From the NCBI GenBank assembly GCA_963664195.1, contig OY760907.1, forward strand, positions 768,001 through 832,000: 64,000 nt of DNA. Direction: 5' to 3'. Source of the DNA: an uncultured candidate division Zixibacteria bacterium. GTDB lineage: Bacteria > Zixibacteria > MSB-5A5 > GN15 > FEB-12. Position numbers and translations under genes: made by a program. Of the stretch, positions 37,751 to 46,702 are shown in pieces (position 1 is the stretch's first letter; the number at the start of each line of letters is the position of its first letter). The notes beneath the pieces were generated by a model that searched no databases, was not told where the DNA came from, and saw nothing but the letters and a program-made list of their open reading frames with translations.

Positions 37751-37826
37751 TCTACCGCCAGGTGCCGTCATTTGTCCCTGCGAGAGGGCACTCCATACGT
37801 TGACAAATATCCGTATGCTCAATAAG

Positions 37827-37854
37827 AAAACCGGCGATGCATCATCGCCGGTTT
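37827..37854 (-). terminator. intrinsic terminator of ino1
   Basis: AAAACCGGCGATG-CAT-CATCGCCGGTTT. Confidence 0.7.
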
Positions 37855-37884
37855 ATACTAGTCAATAAGTCTGTCAGGGCAAAC

Positions 37885-39144
37885 TTATTTTTTCGCCTTC
37901 ACCACTCTCTTGGCAGTCTTCTTCGGAGCTGCCTTCTTGGGCGTTACCTTTTTCGGCGCTGCCTTCTTGGGCGTTACCTTTTTAGGCGCTGCCTTCTTGG
38001 TCGCCGGTTTCTTAGCAGCAGGTTTACGAGCAGCTCTCTTGACCTTGCTGGTTCCCACTGCGGTGGTCTTCCAACCGTATTTGGCGATGAACTCCTCGGT
38101 CATACGGCGGGCTTCCGGATCGGTGTACTGGACCGGCGGGGACTTCTTGAAGTACGACGACGGCTCGATCAACGCACCAGAGAGATGATTGTCAAGAGCC
38201 AGCTTGCAACAACGCACGGCATCGATCACAACACCCGCAGAGTTCGGGCTGTCCCAGACTTCAAGCTTCAGTTCCAGATTCAGCGGCACATTGCCAAAGG
38301 TCGTGCCTTCCATACGAATATACGCCCACTTGCGGTCATCGAGCCACTCGACATAGTCGGAGGGTCCGATGTGAATGTTCTTCGGATCAATGTCGAAATC
38401 GAGCTGTGAAGTCACAGAGTTGGTCTTGGATATCTTCTTTGATTCCAGGCGGGAGCGCTCGAGCATGTTCAGGAAGTCGGTGTTACCGCCGACGTTCAAC
38501 TGGCTGGTGCGCTCAAGTTTGACACCGCGCTCAAGGAACAGGCGAGTAAGGACACGATGCGAGATCGTGGCGCCGACCTGAGACTTGATATCATCGCCGA
38601 TAACCGGCAGACCTTTTTCTTTGAATCGCTTCTGCCAGTATGCTTCGCGGGCGATAAAGACCGGAATGCAGTTCACGAGGCCGCAGCCCGCATCGAGAAT
38701 CTGCTCAACATACCACTTCGTGGCCTCTTCGGAACCAACCGGAAGATAGTTCACCACGACATCAGTCTTGGTGTCCTTGAGCAGCTTCACGATATCAACC
38801 GTGTCGCCCGGAGCCTTCTCGATGACCTGTGAAAGATAGTAGCCGAGACCGTCGTGGGTCATACCGCGCTGAACCGTAACGCCGGATTTCGGGACCTTGC
38901 AGAACTTGTACGTATTGTTCGGCTTCGTGTAGATGGCTTCGGAGAGATCCTTGCCGACTTTGTTCTTGTCGATGTCGATGGCAGCGGAGAACTCGATGTC
39001 ACGGATGTGGTATCCGCCGAGGTTGACGTGCATCAGGCCCGGGACCTTATCTTCGTCTTTGGCCTTCTTGTAGAACTCGACTCCCTGTACCAACGAGGAG
39101 GCACAGTTGCCGACGCCGATAATGGCGACTCTCACTTTACTCAT
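37885..39144 (-). CDS. ino1: myo-inositol-1-phosphate (inositol-3-phosphate) synthase with a Lys/Ala/Pro-rich C-terminal tail
   Basis: [54 protein letters not shown] and YFKKSPP motifs. Confidence 0.96.
   Translation of the reverse strand: MSKVRVAIIGVGNCASSLVQGVEFYKKAKDEDKVPGLMHVNLGGYHIRDIEFSAAIDIDKNKVGKDLSEAIYTKPNNTYKFCKVPKSGVTVQRGMTHDGLGYYLSQVIEKAPGDTVDIVKLLKDTKTDVVVNYLPVGSEEATKWYVEQILDAGCGLVNCIPVFIAREAYWQKRFKEKGLPVIGDDIKSQVGATISHRVLTRLFLERGVKLERTSQLNVGGNTDFLNMLERSRLESKKISKTNSVTSQLDFDIDPKNIHIGPSDYVEWLDDRKWAYIRMEGTTFGNVPLNLELKLEVWDSPNSAGVVIDAVRCCKLALDNHLSGALIEPSSYFKKSPPVQYTDPEARRMTEEFIAKYGWKTTAVGTSKVKRAARKPAAKKPATKKAAPKKVTPKKAAPKKVTPKKAAPKKTAKRVVKAKK
37928..38000. repeat. 30-bp tandem repeat (about 2.4 copies) encoding [10 protein letters not shown]
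   Basis: GCTGCCTTCTTGGGCGTTACCTTTTT(C/A)GGC repeated. Confidence 0.85.
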
Positions 39145-39296
39145 GGTTTGCTTCCCTTCTTCTATCCGTATTCCAAATTCGCATTGTCACTGTCATGCCA
39201 TTTGTTGCAAGCGGCTGAATATATTAGACCTTTACACGCGACGTCAATATATTAGTTGCGTCTTGTGACAAGTTATATATGATTAGTATATAGATT

Positions 39297-39312
39297 ATGA
39301 CCATATAGTCAT
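39297..39312. promoter_or_regulatory. palindromic operator candidate for the TetR regulator
   Basis: ATGAC-CATATA-GTCAT in the divergent ino1/tetR intergenic region. Confidence 0.5.
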
Positions 39313-39338
39313 TTCGACTAGAACGAACGGTGTCCAGC

Positions 39339-39986
39339 ATGCTTGATGAAAACGTAGTTGCAGAGTTAGTTCAGCGAAACGTCGTGTCCGATACTTTCCG
39401 GCGACTGGCGCCGGAAAAGAAGCTTCTGGTGTACCGCGCAGCCACACAGTTATTCGGCAGATACGGCTACGACGGCATTGCAGTTGATCGGATCTGTCAC
39501 GATGCAGGGATTTCCAAAGGTTCGTTTTTTCAGTACTTTGAATCGAAAAGTCACCTGCTCGAATTCACGATTCTCGTATTTGATGACTACCTCGCCAAAT
39601 GGGCCGAGGAATTGAAACGTCAGGAAACAGCCGTGCTGGCGCGGGATCGGCTGATGTACCTGTACGATTCGCTTGTCGTGAATGCCAAACTACACCCGTC
39701 GGAGGAAAAGTTCTTCCTGTTTGTCACCCACGCGCTTGACCACGCGGGTGTGGTACTTGAGGGGATTGATCTTGAGCGTCACTTCAGGCAATATGTAAAC
39801 GAAATTGTTGAACGGGCGGTGAGAACCGGCGAGATCAGGGGGGATTTCGAGGTTGACCTTACCGGCTATCTTGTGTCTATCATTATGGAAGCTCTGTTGC
39901 GACGGCAGTTTTCCGGCCGCCGCATGCCTCGTCGCCAGATGCGGGAGTACTTGATTTCGTTCCTGTTCGACGGCATCAAGGCGTAG
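39339..39986 (+). CDS. TetR/AcrR family transcriptional regulator
   Basis: LFGRYGY...ICHDAGISKGSFFQYFESK helix-turn-helix. Confidence 0.92.
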   Translation: MLDENVVAELVQRNVVSDTFRRLAPEKKLLVYRAATQLFGRYGYDGIAVDRICHDAGISKGSFFQYFESKSHLLEFTILVFDDYLAKWAEELKRQETAVLARDRLMYLYDSLVVNAKLHPSEEKFFLFVTHALDHAGVVLEGIDLERHFRQYVNEIVERAVRTGEIRGDFEVDLTGYLVSIIMEALLRRQFSGRRMPRRQMREYLISFLFDGIKA

Positions 39987-40008
39987 AATATCCTTGTGAT
40001 GTAAGGCA

Positions 40009-40035
40009 GGGGCAGACTGCCCGTCTGCCGCCCAC
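40009..40035 (-). repeat. REP-like palindrome family B
   Basis: reverse complement GTGGGCGGCAGAC-N5-GTCTGCCCC matches 12910-12937. Confidence 0.7.
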
Positions 40036-40100
40036 AACCCGGGAGTCTTCCGCACTACCGGGGGTGGCACATGGCAATGTGCCCCTGTCGCAACCTTCGA

Positions 40101-41717
40101 CTAAAAGATGTGATGTGTGAAGGAAAGCGAGAGGCCATACCCATCGCTGTTTTCCTCGAACATCCGCTCTGCGAGCACTTCACGGTCGGTCTTCCACCAG
40201 TCCAGATCGACAACCAACGTTGTCGGGACAGAGAGCCGGTACTCCACTTCTGCGCCAAAACTCAGGGTCCAGTAGTGCAGATCCGGCGCGGCTCCTTCGT
40301 CTGGTGCCGGTTCGGGTTCCTCTCGGTCGCCGTCCTGCCTGTAGTAGTTACCGTAGAAGCGAACGCTGGTGCGCTCGTCATGGAAGTACTCTGCCGAGGC
40401 TGAGAGCCAGCCTCGCCAGAGGTCCTGGTAATCCACCTCAGTGGTAACCTCATGATTCATTTCTCTGAGATTCTGGGCACCTACATACCAGTCAAGACGT
40501 GCACCTGCTTCCAATTGCCATCGTAGATTAACCGGCTTGGCGTAGCTGACTGCACAGGTTGCATAGGGTTCTCTATAGACGCGTTTTGTGTACTGAGCGG
40601 ACAGGAATGTATCGACATACACAACTGTATCAACGTTCCCGGTGCCGTCCATATGACGGAGTATGTCGCTCCCGATGCTCCTTTGAGTCACACTTCTCTG
40701 GCTGCTGGTGTGGACGATTGTCACTCCGACGCCCCCGCTCACCGTAAGCCCGAACTGACGACTATCGTTGCCGGGGAAGTAATCCCACACATCCTGAATC
40801 AAATACTGTGCGACTGCCTCCGACTCAGCCATCACCCCTTCCTCCCTCAGGAAACCGACAATGCTCTCCAACGCCTCCATTCGATGCAAACGCGAATCGA
40901 CTGCATGTGTCAGCCGGTAGCGATACACAAGGTCGGTCAATTGCATCATTTCGTTTCTGTCCGGTTCACGGAGGAGAAGGCCGGCATCTCGCAGTTCACC
41001 GATCATGTTCATTGCCATCGCCGCGAAACGTCCCTCGTATTTCCTTCCCCAGCCCGCCGTACATTCCACCTTCAGGTTGTGACCCTTTTGATCACCGTCC
41101 GTATCCTCATAGAGTGCTTGACTACGTTCCCGGACTGATCCGTCAAAACGGTTTTCTGACGAATACCTCTTGCGGAATCGATCCTCACCAGGCGACTGGC
41201 TGTAGTAGTAGGAGTAGTTGAAGTGGATTGCGCCGAAGACGTCCCCTGCGACATACTCCTTCACCCCTATAGCGGGACTGAACCTCACAATGTATTGGAA
41301 CCTTTCAACGCTTATACTATCCTCGGTGATGCGTCCAAGCGTGTCTTGTGCAGCCTCATGCCGATCTGATTCCTGATTATCGATTCGAGTAGTCACCAGC
41401 AACGAGACGTCGAAGTCCCGATCGACAGAGTAGTGATGATACTTCCAATGGGAGAGCAGTGAAGCATTCTGCTGATCGACGTCCTGCTCTCCATCAAAGA
41501 AATCGTATGCGAGCGGATCGCGCTCGTAGCCGGATTCCTTATGGCTTTGACCGGAGAAATCCAGGTCGCCTTCCACTCTCCACTCATAATCAGTCAGCTT
41601 CTCCGGTAAGTAACTCTCTACTCTGAAACCCGTTGTATCAGTAGCTATAGCTGAGAGTGAGAGCGCGAAAACAGCAGCAAGCGTAAGTGCAAGACGTTCG
41701 ATAGCAGTTTGAAGCAT
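40101..41717 (-). CDS. hypothetical outer-membrane beta-barrel protein
   Basis: 538 aa; signal peptide; alternating beta strands; C-terminal LSLSFTHHIF. Confidence 0.7.
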   Translation of the reverse strand: MLQTAIERLALTLAAVFALSLSAIATDTTGFRVESYLPEKLTDYEWRVEGDLDFSGQSHKESGYERDPLAYDFFDGEQDVDQQNASLLSHWKYHHYSVDRDFDVSLLVTTRIDNQESDRHEAAQDTLGRITEDSISVERFQYIVRFSPAIGVKEYVAGDVFGAIHFNYSYYYSQSPGEDRFRKRYSSENRFDGSVRERSQALYEDTDGDQKGHNLKVECTAGWGRKYEGRFAAMAMNMIGELRDAGLLLREPDRNEMMQLTDLVYRYRLTHAVDSRLHRMEALESIVGFLREEGVMAESEAVAQYLIQDVWDYFPGNDSRQFGLTVSGGVGVTIVHTSSQRSVTQRSIGSDILRHMDGTGNVDTVVYVDTFLSAQYTKRVYREPYATCAVSYAKPVNLRWQLEAGARLDWYVGAQNLREMNHEVTTEVDYQDLWRGWLSASAEYFHDERTSVRFYGNYYRQDGDREEPEPAPDEGAAPDLHYWTLSFGAEVEYRLSVPTTLVVDLDWWKTDREVLAERMFEENSDGYGLSLSFTHHIF

Positions 41718-41805
41718 GGCTTCCCCCGGTGTTTGGGCGATTGGTTTAGATGGCCCATCCTAATTGGACAATTGCAACCATCTTTATGGTGTGACCAATA
41801 TATAC

Positions 41806-41836
41806 AAAAAAGCGGGCATTGGTGCCCGCTTTTTTT
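41806..41836. terminator. bidirectional intrinsic terminator
   Basis: A6-GCGGGCA-TTGG-TGCCCGC-T7. Confidence 0.8.
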
Positions 41837-41855
41837 GAATAGTAGATGATTTTCT

Positions 41856-42410
41856 CTAGAACGCGAACTTGTCGCGCGAGATAATCTCGTTCAGGTCCTT
41901 CCGTACACGCGGCGACTCGTCCTTCTTGCGCGTGTCCGCATCCAGCAGATCGATCGATCCCGGATACCCCAGCGAAACCGCACACATGACGTGATACTCG
42001 TCGGGGATATCGAGCGCCGTGTGGAGCTTGACCGCATCATAACCGGCCATCGCGTGCCCCATCAAATTCTCGTCGACCGCCGCCAACAGAAGCGACATGG
42101 TTGCCAACCCGCAGTCAAACTGGTAGTACTTGACCGGGTCGTCCTCGCGCGAGTAGTCATCGCTCTCTTTGGCACAAACTGCAATCAACACCGGAGCTTT
42201 CGCGGCCCATTCGTTGCCAACAGCAAGAGCTTCGACAAACTTCGCATGCTGTCCCTGCTCCGATACGAACACAAACCGCCACGGCTGCTTGTTGGCGCAC
42301 GACGGTGACCAGCGAGTCTTCTCAAGTATTCGGTTGAGAACAGCCTCGTCAATCGGCTTGTCAAGATACGACCGCCTGCTCTCACGCTTGAAAAAGATGG
42401 AATCGCTCAC
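41856..42410 (-). CDS. nitroreductase family protein
   Basis: RESRRSY, SPSCANKQPWRF, DCGLA and LGYPG motifs. Confidence 0.92.
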   Translation of the reverse strand: MSDSIFFKRESRRSYLDKPIDEAVLNRILEKTRWSPSCANKQPWRFVFVSEQGQHAKFVEALAVGNEWAAKAPVLIAVCAKESDDYSREDDPVKYYQFDCGLATMSLLLAAVDENLMGHAMAGYDAVKLHTALDIPDEYHVMCAVSLGYPGSIDLLDADTRKKDESPRVRKDLNEIISRDKFAF

Positions 42411-42424
42411 AACGACCTCCCTTT

Positions 42425-43360
42425 CTACTGATTTGCCGCTACCTGCGGCCTGAAACCTTCCATAGCCAACAGCGTGTTCTGACGCTCTCGCACGACTTGC
42501 TCGGTCATCTCAAACTCCGGTCCTACCTGTTCAATCATCACCGAGGACACGCAGGAAGCAAAACAACCGGACTTTCTCAGATCACCGCCGGTCTTCAGGT
42601 ACTCAAACGTAAACCCGGCCATATAGGTGTCACCCGCGCCGGTGGAATCGAGCAGTTTCACCGGATGCGGCGGAATGTCGATGAACTCGTTGCCGTCGTA
42701 TATCACCGAACCGAGTTCGGCCAGTGTCACGATCACCAGTTTCGGTCCCCAGGACTTGATGATCCGGGCAGCCTCGTACGGATCCTTGCGGCAGTCGATG
42801 CCGGTAAGCACTTCGCCTTCCAGTTCGTTCGGCTTGACGATATCGAACTGACCGAGAATTTCTTCGATCCCGTCCGGCTTCTCGTGGTAGATGCGGCCGT
42901 CGTCGTGAGCGCCGCGAAGCAACCCCTGCGGATCGCAGAAAAAGAGGCCGTCGAATTCCTTGCGGATGTCGCGGATGTTGTCAAATGACACTTCGCGCAA
43001 AATTGGGCCGATCAAGACAGCTTTGGAGTCATTGTACCATTGCGGCGGAAGGTCACCGATGGCATCGGCGCGACCCAGCAGGTCGAGTGTCCGGTTGCCG
43101 AAGTTGTCGTAGTACACCAGCGAAAAGCCGCCGGTTTCTTTCGACGGGGTCACCTCGTAGTTGACCCGGTATCTGTCCAGATCCGCCACAAACCGATTGT
43201 GTTTATCTTCACCGACCGCACCGACCAAACGGACATCCTCGCCGAGTTTTGACAGGGCCAGGACGGCGTTAGTGGAACATCCGGAAAGCACGCGCCCTTC
43301 GGTCTCCACGCGCTGCGTTTTTATATAATCGTAAACAGGATTGCCAATAGCCGTAATCAC
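42425..43360 (-). CDS. PfkB-family kinase (candidate inositol/polyol kinase)
   Basis: DPQGLLR, KPNELE and DSTGAGDTY motifs. Confidence 0.85.
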   Translation of the reverse strand: MITAIGNPVYDYIKTQRVETEGRVLSGCSTNAVLALSKLGEDVRLVGAVGEDKHNRFVADLDRYRVNYEVTPSKETGGFSLVYYDNFGNRTLDLLGRADAIGDLPPQWYNDSKAVLIGPILREVSFDNIRDIRKEFDGLFFCDPQGLLRGAHDDGRIYHEKPDGIEEILGQFDIVKPNELEGEVLTGIDCRKDPYEAARIIKSWGPKLVIVTLAELGSVIYDGNEFIDIPPHPVKLLDSTGAGDTYMAGFTFEYLKTGGDLRKSGCFASCVSSVMIEQVGPEFEMTEQVVRERQNTLLAMEGFRPQVAANQ

Positions 43361-43494
43361 GTATTCGCCTTTCGTGAGTATTCATTATTGATCGGAAATG
43401 TACAATGCACAAAGCGCGAAGTCAACGACGTGGTCATACCGGCCAACAATTCGTATAGGATTTGAAAAAGGAGGCGAGCCTCGCTGTGGCTGCG

Positions 43495-44118
43495 TTAGAC
43501 TTCCTGACGGTCGCCGAGCATCTTGTGGGTATAGATAATTCGCTGTATGGCGGTCCAGAATGAGAAGAAACCGACCACGATCAGCGCGAACTCCAGCCAT
43601 CCGCCCTGCGGCCAGGTGCCAGTCGGCAGATAATGTTCAACAATAGCGCCGGCCATAATAAGGATGAACTTCTCAAGTCGCCCCATGATCCCAACCGCGC
43701 AGTTTTCCAGCTTGCCCATCGATTCTGCTGCGGCTCTCGTGTAAGAGGCGATCAACATTCCGAACAGCGCAAACAGTCCCCAGCCGGGATGCGCCGCACC
43801 GGACAGAGTGATACCAGCTAAGATGAAGAACTCGCCGTAACGATCCGAGACATGATCGAGAATACCGCCAAACACGGTGCCAATCTTGCCGGCGCGGGCG
43901 GTAGAACCGTCAAGCATGTCGGTGAAAGAGGTGAGGAGCATCCAGACAACGCCCCAGATCATGAAGCCCTTCCAGAACATGATACCGGAGACGATAGCAC
44001 AAAGGAACGAAATCGCCGTAATGAAATTGGGCCGAAGACCTAGCTTCAGACAAGCCCTGCCGAGGAACAAAGAAGATTCCTCGTATATCTGGCGTTTACG
44101 TTGGTTTATCCCTGGCAA
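43495..44118 (-). CDS. CDP-alcohol phosphatidyltransferase (phosphatidylinositol-phosphate synthase-like)
   Basis: PNFIT; DMLDGSTAR...GGILDHVSDR signature; SYTRAAAES...VGIMGRLE as in PIP/AIP synthases. Confidence 0.88.
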   Translation of the reverse strand: MPGINQRKRQIYEESSLFLGRACLKLGLRPNFITAISFLCAIVSGIMFWKGFMIWGVVWMLLTSFTDMLDGSTARAGKIGTVFGGILDHVSDRYGEFFILAGITLSGAAHPGWGLFALFGMLIASYTRAAAESMGKLENCAVGIMGRLEKFILIMAGAIVEHYLPTGTWPQGGWLEFALIVVGFFSFWTAIQRIIYTHKMLGDRQEV

Positions 44119-44239
44119 CTGTTCTCACTCCTCATCCATAAGTGTGCGGGCAATATACGTGCAGGTTCTGGGGGCGTCAATGACCGGCAACAAGAAATTT
44201 ACATCATTTGCACGAAGTTGGCCGCGCGCGTAAGGTCGA

Positions 44240-44268
44240 TTGACAAGCGGCCCAACAATGAGGATATT
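44240..44268 (+). promoter_or_regulatory. sigma70 promoter, probably giving a leaderless obgE mRNA
   Basis: TTGACA-N17-GATATT, 6 bp before GTG 44275; no Shine-Dalgarno sequence. Confidence 0.55.
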
Positions 44269-44274
44269 GGGGCC

Positions 44275-45252
44275 GTGTTTATAGATTATGTTGAAATCGA
44301 AGTTGCTGCCGGTAACGGCGGGCACGGGTGCATTGCTTTCCGGCGGGAAAAGTTCATCCCCAAGGGAGGGCCTGACGGCGGCGATGGTGGTCGCGGCGGC
44401 AGTGTCATTGCCGTGGCAGACGCCAACCTGTCGACTCTTCTGGAACACCGGTACCGCAGGAACTACAAGGCTGACAAGGGTCAACCCGGTGGTGGTGCGC
44501 TCAAGACCGGCAAATCCGGCGACGACCTCTATATCAAGGTTCCCGTGGGCACGCTCATTAAGGACCGTGAGACCGGACAGGTGATCGCAGACCTCGATAA
44601 GCCGTTGGCAGAAGCTACTATAGCTCGGGGCGGCAAGGGCGGTCACGGCAACACGTATTACAAATCTGCCACCAACCAGACGCCGCGCAAAGCCCAGGAC
44701 GGATTCCCCGGCGAACAGAAGAAGCTGTCACTGGAACTGAAACTGCTGGCCGATGTCGGTTTGGTAGGACTACCAAACGCGGGAAAATCCACCATCTTAG
44801 CCTCGTTTTCAGCCGCACGTCCCAAGATCGCCGATTATCCGTTCACGACACTGATCCCTAATCTTGGCATTGTCCAGTTGCACGACTACAACTCCTGCGT
44901 CATGGCAGATATTCCGGGCTTGATTGAGGGAGCATCCCAGGGCAAAGGCCTCGGACACCAATTTCTCAAACACATTCAGCGGACAAGACTGCTGGTGTAC
45001 GTCATTGACGTTAATGAACTGGATATCGTGGAAACCCGACGAGTCTTGGAACAGGAGCTTGACCAGTTTGACTCATCGCTGCCGAAAAGACCGTCGCTGA
45101 CCGTCATTACCAAGATTGACACACTGCCGGAAAGCGATCTAAAAGAGATATCAAAGGAGTTGCCTCCCGATTATATTTACCTTTCGGCGGTGGCCCGCAT
45201 GGGTGCCGAGGGATTCATCCACAAAATCGAGGCTTCGCTTGACCAATTCTGA
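44275..45252 (+). CDS. obgE: GTPase ObgE/CgtA
   Basis: FIDYVEI-AGNGG, FRREKFIPKGGPDGGDGG, GLPNAGKS, YPFTTL, DIPG and TKID motifs. Confidence 0.98.
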   Translation: MFIDYVEIEVAAGNGGHGCIAFRREKFIPKGGPDGGDGGRGGSVIAVADANLSTLLEHRYRRNYKADKGQPGGGALKTGKSGDDLYIKVPVGTLIKDRETGQVIADLDKPLAEATIARGGKGGHGNTYYKSATNQTPRKAQDGFPGEQKKLSLELKLLADVGLVGLPNAGKSTILASFSAARPKIADYPFTTLIPNLGIVQLHDYNSCVMADIPGLIEGASQGKGLGHQFLKHIQRTRLLVYVIDVNELDIVETRRVLEQELDQFDSSLPKRPSLTVITKIDTLPESDLKEISKELPPDYIYLSAVARMGAEGFIHKIEASLDQF

Positions 45253-46348
45253 GTTGAGAGACCGGCTTACCAATACTATAGCGCTGCTGAACGTCCCTGG
45301 AGTTGGGCGTGTCCGTTTCACGCGACTGAGTGCAAGACTCGGATCTGTCGAAACCATACTGGCTGCGTCCATCTCCGAGCTTGAGTCGGTTCCTGGCATC
45401 TCGCGCACTGTCGCCTCTGCGATCAAACAGGAATGTGATCTCGACAAAGCAAGGCAAATCGCGTCCAGAATTACACAGTTGGGTTGGGCGGTGATGTTTC
45501 AAGACAGCCCTGACTATCCACAACCGCTTGTGCCACTGGCTGATGCCCCTCCCCTGCTCTTTCGCGAAGGGGACTCATTCGACCCGAGCGACAAAATGAT
45601 CGGCATTGTGGGCACGCGCCACGCCTCCGAGTCCAGCCGACGGTTCACGCGGCAATTGGCCACCGAATTGGCCCGCGAGGGCATAACCGTGGTGTCGGGG
45701 ATGGCCGAAGGCATAGACTCAGAGGCTCACAAGGGCGCGTTGGAGGGGGGCGGCAGAACGATTGCCGTTTGGGGAACTCCGCTAAATCGAGTGTATCCGG
45801 CCTCCAACCGACAGTTGGCCGAGAAGATCAGAAACCAGGGTGCGATTTACTCGGAATATTTGCCGGATGTTGAATCCAGCCCCTCGAATTTCCCCGAGCG
45901 CAATCGGATCATCTCCGGACTATCCGAAGGCATTATAGTCGTCGAGGCAGGCCGGAAGTCCGGAGCGCTGATCACCGCAAAATACGCTCTTGAACACGGG
46001 CGTGAACTGTTTGCCGTGCCGGGTCCCCCGGGGGCCTCACGCAGCATAGGCACCAATGCCCTCATCAAGGTCGGAGCAAGACTCCTGACAGAGGTCGGCG
46101 ACATTTTCGACGAGTTGCCTCGACTGAAAGGGCAGATTACCGCAAAGAAATTCCGCCAGATGCCCGATATGACGAAACAGGAACGCCAACTGGTAGATCT
46201 GCTGGCAGTTGGGCCTCTTCAACTTGACAACATGTCCAGGGAAGCAGCCCTGCCGGTTTCGGATTTGATGGAACTGCTTCTGGCGCTTGAACTCAAAGGG
46301 GTTGTGGAAGAACTCTCCGGCAAACGGTTTGTTCTGAGAGAACAGTAG
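45239..46348 (+). CDS. dprA: DNA-processing protein DprA (canonical)
   Basis: IVGTR, SGMAEGID, FPERNRIISGLS, VVEAGRKSGALITA and FAVPG motifs; C-terminal winged helix; start uncertain. Confidence 0.95.
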   Translation: MTNSELRDRLTNTIALLNVPGVGRVRFTRLSARLGSVETILAASISELESVPGISRTVASAIKQECDLDKARQIASRITQLGWAVMFQDSPDYPQPLVPLADAPPLLFREGDSFDPSDKMIGIVGTRHASESSRRFTRQLATELAREGITVVSGMAEGIDSEAHKGALEGGGRTIAVWGTPLNRVYPASNRQLAEKIRNQGAIYSEYLPDVESSPSNFPERNRIISGLSEGIIVVEAGRKSGALITAKYALEHGRELFAVPGPPGASRSIGTNALIKVGARLLTEVGDIFDELPRLKGQITAKKFRQMPDMTKQERQLVDLLAVGPLQLDNMSREAALPVSDLMELLLALELKGVVEELSGKRFVLREQ

Positions 46349-46352
46349 GATC

Positions 46353-46622
46353 ATGATCACCAAGAAAACCACCATAGTCAATAAGCTGGGACTTCACGCC
46401 CGACCGTCGGCGCTGCTGGTATCCACTGCCGCCAAGTTCCAATCAGAAGTGTTTTTCACCAAGGATGACCTTCGCGTCAATGGCAAGTCAATCATGGGCG
46501 TCATGATGCTGGCTGCTGAAATGGGATCTCAGGTACTGGTCGAGGTCGACGGAGCCGACGAAAACGAGGCAATTGAGGCCATTGTGAAGGTGATCGAGTC
46601 AGGCTTCGGCGAAAACGGTTGA
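46353..46622 (+). CDS. ptsH: phosphocarrier protein HPr
   Basis: GLHARP (His15) and GKSIMG (Ser46). Confidence 0.96.
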   Translation: MITKKTTIVNKLGLHARPSALLVSTAAKFQSEVFFTKDDLRVNGKSIMGVMMLAAEMGSQVLVEVDGADENEAIEAIVKVIESGFGENG

Positions 46623-46702
46623 TATTCCACTTGCCTTTCCCCCTTTGGTTTACCTATTATTTCCATGTTAATTTGGAGTAGTATGCTCAAACGCAGGGAA
46701 TT

